Source: Microcystis aeruginosa NIES-843 (GTDB taxonomy: Bacteria > Cyanobacteriota > Cyanobacteriia > Cyanobacteriales > Microcystaceae). Taken from it: DNA of 32,000 bases. This document shows positions 1 to 9,527 of this stretch, in pieces (within the stretch, counting starts at the first letter, position 1; the number at the start of each line of letters is the position of its first letter). The stretch is taken from NCBI RefSeq assembly GCF_000010625.1, contig NC_010296.1:1950001-1982000 (forward strand), read 5' to 3'. Under the pieces are notes generated by a model. It worked only from the letters and a program-made list of their open reading frames with translations, did not search any database and was not told the DNA's origin. The position numbers and the translations under genes were made by a program.

Positions 1-1
1 G

Positions 2-430
2 GATGAATTCCCCCTAAATACCCCCCTTAAATTAGTCTTTTATCTTCCCAGTAACGAACAGAATACCGCCCGACATCTGTTACCCTCAGCTTTACATAAT
101 TATTTTGACTATCGCCAACAGGGAGAACAAAGAAAATTACGCACAATTTGGCGACAGGGACGCATATCTTTGCTAATTGGTCTCTCCTTTCTTTTTGTTT
201 GTTTGAGTCTCAGCGAATTAATTGGTCGTTTTGGCACCGATACATTTATTCACTTCTTAGAAGAAGGATTATTAATTAGTGGTTGGGTGGCCCTCTGGCG
301 ACCTTTAGAAATTTTTCTTTACGAATGGTGGCCTGTCAGTTATCAACAAAAGATTTTTGCTAAACTGGCCTACATCCCCATTGAAATCCGTCTATTAGAG
401 GAACCATCCACCCCAGACTCTTTTCGATAG
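2..430 (+). CDS. hypothetical membrane protein; 5' end lies upstream of the window
   Basis: Frame 2 is open from base 2 (DEFPLNTPLKLVFYLPSNEQ...) into the listed 86-aa ORF, with the stop at 428-430. The TTG at 170 is probably internal. Hydrophobic stretch LLIGLSFLFVCLSL. No family recognised. Confidence 0.45.
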   Translation, partial: DEFPLNTPLKLVFYLPSNEQNTARHLLPSALHNYFDYRQQGEQRKLRTIWRQGRISLLIGLSFLFVCLSLSELIGRFGTDTFIHFLEEGLLISGWVALWRPLEIFLYEWWPVSYQQKIFAKLAYIPIEIRLLEEPSTPDSFR

Positions 431-566
431 AGCTAATCCTCCCGATGGCTTGTCTTCAAAGTTACAAAGCTTTTATTTGAAGCAGTTTATAATAAAAGTA
501 ACTCTGTACAAAGCTTATCGGGTTTCAGCTTGGCTATTACTTTATTCTCAAACTTTTAACTAAGTA

Positions 567-778
567 GGGTTTGCTGAATAAATCTAAAAACCTTGTTGGA
601 TAAGGCTTTTAGACTTTTTTTCCCTGAAAAAGTGCCTACCATTGGAGTGATTGGGGGGAAAATTTAGGGATTTTTTCCCTGAAAATTAGGTAATTGACCA
701 CCTGAAAATGGGTAAAACCCCACACCCCACACCCCACACCCCACACCCTGCCCCCACGAAAAACTTTTTCAGCAGCCC
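567..778 (+). mobile_element. MITE copy 1 (~212 bp), TIR GGGTTTGCTGAA...TTCAGCAGCCC
   Basis: Terminal inverted repeat, internal (CCCCACA)n tract, and flanking direct repeat TAAGTA (561-566 and 780-785). Near-identical copies at 17053-17266 and 31112-31324. Confidence 0.8.
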
Positions 779-872
779 CTAAGTAGTCGGGCCTAACTTT
801 TTTCAGTCTGGCGATTATTGGCGTTTCATCCCGACAAATCCCGACAAAATTGCTATCTAGATAGGAGTCCTA

Positions 873-1691
873 ATGTTAATCCGTGTTGGTTATGAATTTG
901 GCTTTGATGCCCCCTTACCCGTGGTTATGTTGTTAAAACTTTATCTACACCCCTCAATTTTAGCTCAAGTTAGACAATCGGAAAACTTGCAGGTGGAACC
1001 GGCAACAAAAATAGAAGAATTTTTAGATAGCTTCGGTAATCGAACCAGTCGTCTAATTTTACCCGCGGGACAGATCCGCATTCACAATGAAGCAGTTATC
1101 GAGAATGAATGGAAACCCGATATCGTTAATTGGAATGCCCAAGAAATTCCTTTAGCAGAGTTACCAACCCAAGTTTTTCCCTACCTAATGAGTAGCCGTT
1201 ATTGCGAAGTAGATTTGCTTGCGGAAATTGCCTGGGAACTTTTCGGACAAACTCCCCCCGGTTGGGCAAGGGTACAAGCGGTTTGTGATTGGGTTCATAG
1301 TCACATTCGTTTTGGTTACGAATACGCGCGGGTGACGAAAACCGCCTATGATGTCTATCGGGAAAGAACGGGGGTTTGTCGCGATTTTAACCATCTAGCT
1401 TTGACTTTTTGCCGTTGCCTAAATATTCCTGCCCGTTATGCCTCCGGCTATCTCGGAGATATCGGTATTTCTCCCCAACCTCTACCGATGGATTTTAGTG
1501 CTTGGTTTGAAGTTTATTTAGACCATCAATGGTACACCTTTGATGCTCGTCATAACACCCCCAGAATCGGGCGGATTTTAATGACTCGCGGCTTAGATGC
1601 CGTCGATGCTTCCCTAACAACTTCTTTTGGTCAAGTAAATTTAACAAAATTTAAAGTATGGACGAGCGATGTTTCCCACCTCTATGCTTAA
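873..1691 (+). CDS. transglutaminase-like cysteine protease family protein
   Basis: 272-aa ORF with the transglutaminase-core motif GVCRDFNHL and the downstream W-x-E-V-Y ... FDARHN region typical of the family. Confidence 0.88.
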   Translation: MLIRVGYEFGFDAPLPVVMLLKLYLHPSILAQVRQSENLQVEPATKIEEFLDSFGNRTSRLILPAGQIRIHNEAVIENEWKPDIVNWNAQEIPLAELPTQVFPYLMSSRYCEVDLLAEIAWELFGQTPPGWARVQAVCDWVHSHIRFGYEYARVTKTAYDVYRERTGVCRDFNHLALTFCRCLNIPARYASGYLGDIGISPQPLPMDFSAWFEVYLDHQWYTFDARHNTPRIGRILMTRGLDAVDASLTTSFGQVNLTKFKVWTSDVSHLYA

Positions 1692-1731
1692 TCAGAGTAT
1701 TTATTAAACCTCTTGCATAATTAATTTTTGA

Positions 1732-1865
1732 GGGTTCAAAAACGGCAAAAATAAGGATTAAATTGCCTGAAAGTGCCAGCCATTGGAGTGAACGGGGGGA
1801 ATAAAACCCTACACCCCACACCCTACACCCCACACCCCACCAACAAGCTTTTTGCCGCAACACCC
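1732..1865 (+). mobile_element. short MITE-related element (deletion derivative or subfamily)
   Basis: Shares CCTGAAAGTGCCAGCCATTGGAGTGA..GGGGGGAA and the (CCCYACA)n tract with the 212-bp MITE. Its own imperfect TIR is GGGTTCAAAAACGGCAAAAA / CTTTTTGCCGCAACACCC. Lies between convergent genes. Confidence 0.5.
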
Positions 1866-1874
1866 AGATAAAAA

Positions 1875-2681
1875 TTACTTTTCTACCTTAACCCGTTGAG
1901 TAACGACAACAATCCCATCGCCTTGAATTAAAATCGCCGATAACCAGCGATTTTCCGGTGTTGCCGGCGCTTTTACCCGCTTAAATAAACCGCCGGACTG
2001 TAATAATTCCAATTCTAGAGGCTTTGTATTAATATAACGATCAATATCTACTTTCTCATCGATCGCCGTTCCGGCCAATAAATCATCCCCCAAAGGTTCG
2101 CGGACAATCACATCAAAATCAAATTCTTGACCCACTTTCACCCTTTCGGGAATTCTCACTTGAATACTGGGGGGATTTTTGCCGGTGCTTAACTCGACTC
2201 TCTCGCTTAAAATCTCCTGATAAACCAGTTTATTCCCTTGAAATTGTTGACGAGAACGAATCGTAGCATTCATTCCCACCACTCGTCCCTGCACCTTTCC
2301 CGTCCCGGTAATTTTAGTAATTGTATTGGCCGTTAACTTGTCCCCGGAACGACTCCAAGATTCGAGAGTAGTGGTGTATTCTAGATTGTTATAACGTTCC
2401 CAAAAATGAGTTAAAGCCTTTTTAGTTTTTTCGTAGTTCAAGCCATCGGAGTTAGTAAATTTCGGGCTATAAAACTCCATTAATTGCTTGAGATCTCGCT
2501 CATTAGCCGCCGTTTCGATTTTGGAGATAAGCGTTTTTAAATTAGCCGGAGCAGTTTCTGGCTTTTCGGCCCGCAAACCGGTAGCGAGGGTGAAAGTTAA
2601 CCCCAAACCTAACAGCAACGATAGGGAAAAATTGAGGGATTGACGAAAAAATTTATCGGGGATCGTGTTCAAGTTACGCAT
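1875..2681 (-). CDS. hypothetical secreted or periplasmic protein with N-terminal signal/anchor, possibly an NTF2-like N-domain
   Basis: 268-aa ORF. Hydrophobic N-terminus LNFSLSLLLGLGLTFTLATG. No catalytic motif recognised. Confidence 0.65.
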   Translation of the reverse strand: MRNLNTIPDKFFRQSLNFSLSLLLGLGLTFTLATGLRAEKPETAPANLKTLISKIETAANERDLKQLMEFYSPKFTNSDGLNYEKTKKALTHFWERYNNLEYTTTLESWSRSGDKLTANTITKITGTGKVQGRVVGMNATIRSRQQFQGNKLVYQEILSERVELSTGKNPPSIQVRIPERVKVGQEFDFDVIVREPLGDDLLAGTAIDEKVDIDRYINTKPLELELLQSGGLFKRVKAPATPENRWLSAILIQGDGIVVVTQRVKVEK

Positions 2682-2762
2682 TAGTGATAGTTTGTGTAAG
2701 GATCGATCAATAACTATGGTAGATTATTTCATTCTAGGGCTGAATTTCCCCTCTCTCGAATT

Positions 2763-3836
2763 ATGGCACGCACTCCAACCCGTCTACTGATTGCCGCTAG
2801 TGGTACTGGTGGTCATTTATTTCCCGCTTTGGCCCTGGCCGAGCGCTTGCCGGATTACGAGATTGAATGGTTAGGAGTTCCAGACCGTCTCGAACAGTCC
2901 TTAGTTCCAAAAACCTATCCCCTGCACACCATCCCCATTGAGGGATTTCAAACCCGTTTGGGGTTAAAAACTCTCAAGATTCTGTTCAGTCAACTGCGGG
3001 CCATTTGGCAAGTGCGTAGTTTAATCAAAAAACGTCAGATAGCGGCAGTTTTTACCACCGGGGGTTATATCGCAGGCCCGACCATTTTAGCGGCTCGTTT
3101 AGCCAATATTCCCGTCATCCTACACGAATCTAACTACATACCGGGCAAAGTCACGAAAGTTCTCGGTCGCTGGTGCGATACGGTTGCCCTCGGTTTTCAG
3201 GGAACCGCCAGCTATTTACCCGGCACTCGCACCACTTGGGTTAGTACACCAGTACGGGAGCAGTTTCTCATTCCCCAGTCCCTAGATTTACCGATTCCAG
3301 AGACTGCTTTTTTAATTGTCGTTGCCGGTGGTTCTCAAGGGGCCGTGGCTCTTAATCAACTTGTGCGACAAAGCGCTCCCCAATGGTTAGAAAAAGGCAT
3401 TTATATCGTGCATCTCACGGGAGAAAACGACCCCGAAGCGGATAGTTTGCGCCATTCTAACTATTTTTCCCAGCCTTTTTACGACAATATGGCAGGATTA
3501 TGGCAAAGAGCTAATCTGGCTATCAGTCGCTCCGGTGCCAGCACTTTAACAGAATTAGCGATCACTTGTACGCCTTCGATTTTAATTCCCTATCCTTTTG
3601 CTGCCGAAGACCATCAGTTCTATAATGCCCAAGTTTTCGCTGAAGCTCAAGCCGCTTATCTTTACCGTCAAAATGAGTTAACTGCTCAGTTTTTAAGCGA
3701 ATTAGTCCTCGATTTATGGTCTAATCCCGAAAAATTGGCCGCCATGGCTCAACAAGCTTCTCATCTAGCCATTAGTGACAGTGCCGATTTATTAGCCGAT
3801 TTGTTGAGAAGAAAGAGTCAAAAAGATAGTTTTTGA
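2763..3836 (+). CDS. murG: UDP-N-acetylglucosamine--N-acetylmuramyl-(pentapeptide) pyrophosphoryl-undecaprenol GlcNAc transferase
   Basis: 357 aa. N-terminal LLIAASGTGGHLFPALALAE glycine loop, and C-terminal SRSGASTLTELA and EDHQFYNA motifs characteristic of MurG. Confidence 0.95.
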   Translation: MARTPTRLLIAASGTGGHLFPALALAERLPDYEIEWLGVPDRLEQSLVPKTYPLHTIPIEGFQTRLGLKTLKILFSQLRAIWQVRSLIKKRQIAAVFTTGGYIAGPTILAARLANIPVILHESNYIPGKVTKVLGRWCDTVALGFQGTASYLPGTRTTWVSTPVREQFLIPQSLDLPIPETAFLIVVAGGSQGAVALNQLVRQSAPQWLEKGIYIVHLTGENDPEADSLRHSNYFSQPFYDNMAGLWQRANLAISRSGASTLTELAITCTPSILIPYPFAAEDHQFYNAQVFAEAQAAYLYRQNELTAQFLSELVLDLWSNPEKLAAMAQQASHLAISDSADLLADLLRRKSQKDSF

Positions 3837-4408
3837 AACAAATCAGCCACGGGAAAAGTGAACCCCGGAACCACATCTTCCCCCTCCAAAAAATCTCCTG
3901 ATGTTAATAATCCCTGCGGTTCGTACCCGGAACGATAAACTAAAACATAGTGTTGACCTGGACTGATAACCCAGAGCAAACGAGTACCATTGGCAAAATA
4001 CTCGGCAATTTTGTCCTCGATTTCTGCCACTGTATTCCCTGGAGAGAGAATTTCTACCACTAAATCTGGCCCACCTTCTAAAAAACCCGTCGGCAATTCT
4101 TCCAATCCTTGCAGACGGTCCTTGGCAAAAAAGGCTATATCAGGAGAACGTTTATTGCCATTTTTCATAGTAAAAGCAGTGCTGGAGTCCAATAATACCC
4201 CTAGTTTTCGAGATGTTACTAAAGCGAATAAAGCAGCACTTAAAATAATGGCAATATAACCGTGTAAAGCCCCAGAATTCCCCATATTAGTTAACTCTCC
4301 CTTGACTAATTCGTAACGATTACCATCGTCAGGTAACGCCATAAATTCTGCATCAGTCCATACTTTTGTCTCTGGAGTTTTAATCACAGTAGTTTCTCGA
4401 ATAGACAT
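3818..4408 (-). CDS. Uma2 (DUF820) family PD-(D/E)xK-like endonuclease
   Basis: 196 aa. Family-typical W..AEF..LPDDG.RYELV.GEL N-terminus and PDLVVEILSPGN core. Its 3' end overlaps the murG 3' end by 19 nt (convergent). Confidence 0.85.
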   Translation of the reverse strand: MSIRETTVIKTPETKVWTDAEFMALPDDGNRYELVKGELTNMGNSGALHGYIAIILSAALFALVTSRKLGVLLDSSTAFTMKNGNKRSPDIAFFAKDRLQGLEELPTGFLEGGPDLVVEILSPGNTVAEIEDKIAEYFANGTRLLWVISPGQHYVLVYRSGYEPQGLLTSGDFLEGEDVVPGFTFPVADLFQKLSF

Positions 4409-4443
4409 AACTTATCCTCGGTAAAGATTCACAAGTAAAACCC

Positions 4444-5304
4444 TTAAAGAATTTCCTGTAACATCCGATTGGCCTGGGAAGCGTAACCACCACCAAATAA
4501 ATTAAAGTGATTGAGAATATGGTAGAGATTGTAAAGAGTTTTGCGCTGTTGATAACCAGCATCGAGGGGAAAAACATCGTTATAACCCCGATAAAAAGCC
4601 GCCGGAAAACCGCCAAAAAGTTCCGTCATGGCTAAATCTACCTCCCGGTCTCCCCAATAGGTGGCAGGGTCTAAAATTACCGGTTCCCCATCGACGGTAA
4701 TTGCCGCATTTCCCGACCACAAATCACCGTGGACGAGGGAGGGATGGGGTTGATGCTGACTCAAAATCTCGCTAATAGCGGGAATAACTTGATCCTCGTC
4801 GGGAAAATTGCCGCCGCGCTCCTTTGCAAGTCTTAATTGATAGCCAATACGCTGATGAGCGAAAAAATCCGCCCAACTGTTACTAACGGTATTAATCTGG
4901 GGAGTAGAACCAATGGTATTATTACACTGCCAACCAAAGCGATCAGACAGGGAAACTTGATGTAAACGAGCTAAATTTTGCCCCATTTTTTCCCAGCTTT
5001 GACTATTGCCACCGCCGAATTCTAGCCACTCTAGCACTAAATAACTAGATTTCTCGGCAATTCCCCAACAAATTGGCTCTGGAACCCTGATAGTCTTGGT
5101 GGCGTGAATTTGCTTTAATCCTAAAGCTTCGGCTGCAAACATGGCCTCTTGGTTCGCTTGGTTAATCTTAACGAAATAAATTAAACCATTGCCACTGACA
5201 GCATAACCCTGATTGATGCAGCCACCACTAACGGGATGACTTTTCTCGATTTCAAAGGGTTTTTCCGTGGTTTGGGTAATATGTCGAGCAATTTGAGTCC
5301 ACAT
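4444..5304 (-). CDS. fructosamine/ketosamine kinase family protein
   Basis: 286 aa. VSGGCINQGY nucleotide-loop-like motif and HGDLWSGN catalytic motif typical of fructosamine-3-kinase relatives. Confidence 0.88.
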   Translation of the reverse strand: MWTQIARHITQTTEKPFEIEKSHPVSGGCINQGYAVSGNGLIYFVKINQANQEAMFAAEALGLKQIHATKTIRVPEPICWGIAEKSSYLVLEWLEFGGGNSQSWEKMGQNLARLHQVSLSDRFGWQCNNTIGSTPQINTVSNSWADFFAHQRIGYQLRLAKERGGNFPDEDQVIPAISEILSQHQPHPSLVHGDLWSGNAAITVDGEPVILDPATYWGDREVDLAMTELFGGFPAAFYRGYNDVFPLDAGYQQRKTLYNLYHILNHFNLFGGGYASQANRMLQEIL

Positions 5305-5305
5305 G

Positions 5306-5350
5306 GTTTATCAGTTATCAGTTATCAGTTATCAGTTATCAGTTATCAGA
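5306..5350. repeat. heptanucleotide tandem repeat (CAGTTAT)n, about 6 units
   Basis: Direct reading: tatcagttatcagttatcagttatcagttatcagttatcag. Begins 3 nt from the start codon of the fructosamine kinase gene. Confidence 0.9.
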
Positions 5351-5392
5351 TGTAAGTTTTAAGTTAATTAGTTATTTAGTTATCAGATGTAA

Positions 5393-5596
5393 GTTAATTA
5401 GGTTCTTCGGTTTTTGTTATGCAATGGACGGGGGTTATAAGGGATGGAACCCTTATATAGAAAGGCATTTGGCGATTTTTGTCAATTATTTTTTATCTAG
5501 AGCGAACTAATCAATTAAGTCTCTTGCCAGATAAGGATTTAGTCGATTTATGCCCCCCTATCGAACCATACTAAGTAACGAAGAACCGTTAATTAG
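5393..5596. mobile_element. candidate small MITE-like element
   Basis: Imperfect inverted termini GTTAATTAGGTTCTTCG (5393-5409) and CGAAGAACCGTTAATTAG (5579-5596). TTAATTAGTTATTTAGTTAT occurs as a direct repeat at about 5364 and about 5589. No ORF. Confidence 0.35.
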
Positions 5597-5630
5597 TTAT
5601 TTAGTTATTTATTTATCTTCATCTTTATCC

Positions 5631-5684
5631 CTGATTACTGATTACTGTTCACTGATTACTGATTACTGTTCACTGATTACTGAA
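5631..5684. repeat. heptanucleotide tandem repeat (CTGATTA / CTGTTCA variants)
   Basis: ctgattactgattactgttcactgattactgattactgttcactgattactgaa. Overlaps the stop codon and last codons of the M16 peptidase gene. Confidence 0.9.
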
Positions 5685-6966
5685 TTGGTCTCACCACCAC
5701 CACACCGTAAGCGTTAGGATTTAAATACTCTTGACAGGCATTTTGAATGTCCTCTAAAGTGAGGGCTTCAATGTGTTGGGGATAACAAAAAGCTGGTTGT
5801 AAATCACCGATCTGAGTATGATAATAACCGTAAAGGTTGGCCCGATCGCTCGGTCTTTCATTGCTAAAAATAAACCGATTGGCCACTTGGGTTTTAACTC
5901 GTTCCAGTTCAGAAACTGTCACAGCTTCCTGTTGAATTTGTCCAATCTGTGCTATCACCTCTCTCTCCACTTGCTCGATATTTTCCGAGGCTAATTGGGC
6001 CGACACGGAAAACACTCCTTGCACTGCTTGGGACATATTACTGGCAGTTATTTGGGAAACTAGCCCCTTTTCTTGGCGCAGAGACTGAAATAATCGCGAT
6101 ACCTTGCCCTGACCCAGAATAGCCGCTAAAACATCGAGAGGATAGGTTTTTTCTAAGTCTCTTAACCCCGGCACTTTCCAAAATAGGATTAAGCGGGCCT
6201 GCTGCAAATTTTCATCCTCGTATTCTTGACGGATAATCTCGTTAAAAGGAGCTTCGGGCTGTAGATTGGCGATAGGATGAGAAATAAGCCCAGAATTGCC
6301 CTTACTGCCTAAAGTATCTAAAGAATCCCTCACAATAGCCATTAAATCATCTACAGGTAAATTACCCACCACCGCCACCGTCATCCATTCGGGACGATAC
6401 CAAGTCTGATGAAAATCGCGCATTTGTTGAGGAGTAAGATTTTCAATCACTGCCGTCGGACCCAACACCGGACGACGATAGGGTAAAACCTGAAAACAAG
6501 TCTCCATGGTGCGATAAAAAGTGCGCCGACGGGGATTATCCTGAGAACGACGAATTTCTTCTAAAATAACCTGTCTTTCCCGCTCAAAAGCTTCATCGGG
6601 GATTAAAGCTTCTAAAACCACTTCTAGCTGCAGCGGAGCTAGATGGGCGAAGTCCTGCGGGGCAGTGGTAATGTAATAATGGGTGTATTCTTGGCTAGTA
6701 GCGGCATTAGTCACCGCTCCCCTCGATTCGATCGCCCGTTCAAATTCACCACTGTCTAAGTTAGGGGTTCCCTTAAAAACCATGTGTTCGAGAAAATGAG
6801 CCATCCCATTGATCTGATCCGATTCTAAGGCCGAGCCGACCTGCAGCCAAACATTGAGATTAACCGCTTCTACCGGTTGACTTTCGGCAATAATCGTTAA
6901 ACCATTGGCAAGACGGTGCAGAATCGGAGTGTTGAGCGTGGCAGGTTTCCCTAGGATAGCCGTCAT
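5677..6966 (-). CDS. M16 (pitrilysin/insulinase) family zinc peptidase
   Basis: 429 aa with the inverted zinc-binding motif HFLEH (HxxEH) followed by MVFKGT. Confidence 0.9.
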   Translation of the reverse strand: MTAILGKPATLNTPILHRLANGLTIIAESQPVEAVNLNVWLQVGSALESDQINGMAHFLEHMVFKGTPNLDSGEFERAIESRGAVTNAATSQEYTHYYITTAPQDFAHLAPLQLEVVLEALIPDEAFERERQVILEEIRRSQDNPRRRTFYRTMETCFQVLPYRRPVLGPTAVIENLTPQQMRDFHQTWYRPEWMTVAVVGNLPVDDLMAIVRDSLDTLGSKGNSGLISHPIANLQPEAPFNEIIRQEYEDENLQQARLILFWKVPGLRDLEKTYPLDVLAAILGQGKVSRLFQSLRQEKGLVSQITASNMSQAVQGVFSVSAQLASENIEQVEREVIAQIGQIQQEAVTVSELERVKTQVANRFIFSNERPSDRANLYGYYHTQIGDLQPAFCYPQHIEALTLEDIQNACQEYLNPNAYGVVVVRPIQ

Positions 6967-7559
6967 TCTTTATTAGTCCTCGGTAATCACTCTGGCAAAA
7001 ATTGTCACTTTTCTCTATTGTAGTCCCAGACTTTCACAGAGCAAACAAGATCAGGTGTTGGCCAGCAATTCCAAATTCAGAATGTAGCAAAATTGATCGA
7101 GGTAGGGTGTCGCTAGCGCCAGTGAACGCACCGTTAATGGAGGCTGCCGGGATATTCATTCCAAGAAATCGCTTTAGTGGGACTTAAACAAAACCTAAGA
7201 CAAAAATAGCTTCAAACCCATACAGAGAGATGACTTAAGTTCAAACAACACTCAATCTAGTCTTCTTGAGGGTTTCAGTCATTTTTTTCTTATTTACCTC
7301 TTTCCCTTATTCAGAGGGTTTTTCAGTGCTTTTATGGCTCGAAAAGTGTCTAAGTCCCATTAGTCAATCAGGGGGTTGACCGTCATTTAAATTTCTAAAA
7401 TATAAAGTTTTGTGACAACTTGAGACGTTCGCAGGAGTTTGAGGTGATTTCTTTTATGAATTGGACTTTGGACAAAAAAAATTAAATTTGCGTAAATATT
7501 ACGCAAATTTAATTTGCGTTTAATTTTGCCTAGTCAGTCTCACATCAAAGAGGAAAGGG

Positions 7560-7995
7560 TTACTCCTCTTTTAATCCCTCGTTATAATAAGAAGGGTCAG
7601 GCTCCGTTTCCCCTCCAAAACAAACATCCAAGTAACTTTCATGGAGAGAATTAATAACTCTCTCTAATTCGTCAATAAGACTTCTTCGAGCTACTTTTTC
7701 CACCGCCTCAAGATGAGCTTCGCTTCCAGCTTTACCTAAATATAAATATTTACTTTTTTTGTTACTATCAGTTGCTGTTGGAAAAAGCGGTTCGTTGCTT
7801 TGTAGTTTATAATACCAGTAAATTTTTTGATGAAAGCTTAGTTTGATAACGAATCACATGACAAGGGGGCGGAGCGACTTCTCCTTCTGCTTCGATTTTC
7901 TGGATTTTTTGCTTCAACTTACGAATAGTAGCCTTGATTTGTTTGGCTCTAAGTCCAGCTTCTTGGTTCGTCTTCAAGAAATTATATTTGAGCAT
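7560..7995 (-). pseudogene. IS-borne accessory ORF interrupted by a +1 frameshift in an A6 run
   Basis: The listed 62-aa ORF (7807-7995) ends ...QTKLSSKNLLVL*. Shifting one base at tcAAAAAAttt (about 7822-7830) continues as IYWYYKLQSNEPLFP...LYLGKAGSEAHLEAVEKVARR...NEGLKEE*, with the stop at 7560-7562. N-terminal coiled-coil-like KQIKATIRKLKQKIQKIEAE. Confidence 0.5.
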
Positions 7996-8078
7996 CAGCT
8001 TACAGATTGGGGGCTTCTTATATTATAAGAATATTTGCGTATATTTCACGCAGATTAATTTCTCATATATTTTTTCCG

Positions 8079-9527
8079 ATGAAAAGTCAAGAAATTTGTC
8101 CTGATGTCGAAGAACTTTTGAAGTGGAGAAGGCAACTCTATAACGCCCTTGGTTCGAGACGCGAGACGGTCATGGAATTGCTGGATTCCCTCTCGTCGAA
8201 TCGACAAGCTTCAACAGTTGCCGAATTATCTTTGAACCCTTTATTTCGTCGAGATTATAACAGTTTATATAAAGGGATTCAAGAGTTTTTACCAAGTCCA
8301 ACAAATGACAATTATCAAAAAGCATTTGATAGCTTATTATCAGTCGTTTCGGCTACTATTCCTCCCCCCGTTTCTAGACAATTCTATTTATTTGGAGTAG
8401 ATGTAACTCCTTGTCCAAGACCTTATTCGGCGACTCTAGAAGACAAAAAGTATATCTATCAACCCAATACTATCAAAGGCAATAAACCCATCAATATTGG
8501 TCATGCTTATTCAGTAATTGCTGCTCTGCCAGAACGAAGTGAAACGGGAAACGTGCCTTGGGCAATTCCCCTGTCAGGACAACGAGTATCTTCAGGAGAA
8601 AAAGACATTTCTGTGGCCAGTAACCAAGTCAAAAAAATCCTGAACCATTCCTCAGTTCCCTGGAAAGATAAATTATCAGTTTTAGTCGCTGATAGTCTCT
8701 ATAGTCAGCGAGGTTTTCTTGGAGAACAAGTCAAGCAAAATAATTTAGTTACCCTCACACGAGGGAGAAGTAATCGGGTCTTTTATCGGCAATTTATTCC
8801 TGAAGATTATTCTCCCAAACAACCGGGTCATCCCCGTTGGTATGGGGATAAATTTGACCTCAAAGATGAGACAACTTGGCTCGAACCAGATGAAATCATT
8901 CAATCAACTTTTACGACTAAAAGGGGACGTGAACTTAATCTCAAAATCTCTGGTTGGAAACAAATGCTAATGAGGGGAACATCCGACTATGAAATGCACT
9001 CTCATCCCTTTACCTTACTACAAATTATTGTCAGTGATGAAACTGGTAAAGCCGTCTGGAAACCGATGTGGCTTATCCTTATTGGTTCTCGTCGTTATGA
9101 GTTAAGTCTTCAAGAATGTTATGAGGCTTATGGACAACGTTATGATCTGGAACATCTTTTTCGATTTGGTCAACAAAAATTGTTGCTGAATGCCTATTAT
9201 ACCCCTGAAGTTAATCATGAGGAAAATTGGGTTCAACTCACCCTATTAGCTGCTGTAAATTTATGGGCAACTAGGAAATTAGCTCTGGTTTTACCCCGTC
9301 CTTGGGAGCAGTATTTGAAAAAAAGTGAATCGGTAGAAATTACACCCAGCTTGGTTCAAAGAGACTTTTACAGAATAATTTCGGAGATTGGCACTTTGGT
9401 CAAATCTCCCAAACGCCGAGGTTATTCGGCTGGACGAATTAAAGGTTATAAAAAAGTGCCACGAACCCGCCATCAAGTTATCAAAAAACAGACAAAAAGT
9501 AAAAAAGAAAAGATGAAAGTTCCCTAA
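8079..9527 (+). CDS. DDE transposase (IS4/IS701-like superfamily)
   Basis: 482 aa from ATG 8079 (MKSQEICPDVEELL...); the track's upstream start at 8007 is less likely. YREK-like signature YGQRYDLEHLFRFGQQK, candidate acidic residues in FGVDVTP and LVADSLYS. Lies inside the TIR-bounded element. Confidence 0.82.
   Translation: MKSQEICPDVEELLKWRRQLYNALGSRRETVMELLDSLSSNRQASTVAELSLNPLFRRDYNSLYKGIQEFLPSPTNDNYQKAFDSLLSVVSATIPPPVSRQFYLFGVDVTPCPRPYSATLEDKKYIYQPNTIKGNKPINIGHAYSVIAALPERSETGNVPWAIPLSGQRVSSGEKDISVASNQVKKILNHSSVPWKDKLSVLVADSLYSQRGFLGEQVKQNNLVTLTRGRSNRVFYRQFIPEDYSPKQPGHPRWYGDKFDLKDETTWLEPDEIIQSTFTTKRGRELNLKISGWKQMLMRGTSDYEMHSHPFTLLQIIVSDETGKAVWKPMWLILIGSRRYELSLQECYEAYGQRYDLEHLFRFGQQKLLLNAYYTPEVNHEENWVQLTLLAAVNLWATRKLALVLPRPWEQYLKKSESVEITPSLVQRDFYRIISEIGTLVKSPKRRGYSAGRIKGYKKVPRTRHQVIKKQTKSKKEKMKVP

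Noticed and set aside
1651-1863. 70-aa ORF (and the similar 63-aa ORF at 31129-31320) reading ...WWGVGCRVWGVG...
   Set aside because: It is the minus-strand translation of the (CCCCACA)n tract and body of the MITE. The same pseudo-protein appears wherever the repeat occurs, so it is a repeat artefact and not a gene.
3818-3836. 19-nt overlap of the convergent 3' ends of murG and the Uma2 gene
   Set aside because: Convergent 3' overlaps of this size are common and need no special explanation. Antisense regulation is possible but unsupported.
5306-5350. Heptamer arrays as a possible CRISPR array
   Set aside because: The units are 7 nt and directly tandem with no spacers, there is no 25-40 nt repeat periodicity, and there are no cas genes.
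7002-7187. 61-aa plus-strand ORF downstream of the M16 peptidase start
   Set aside because: It has no ribosome-binding site, an odd composition and no motif, and it lies in the peptidase promoter region.
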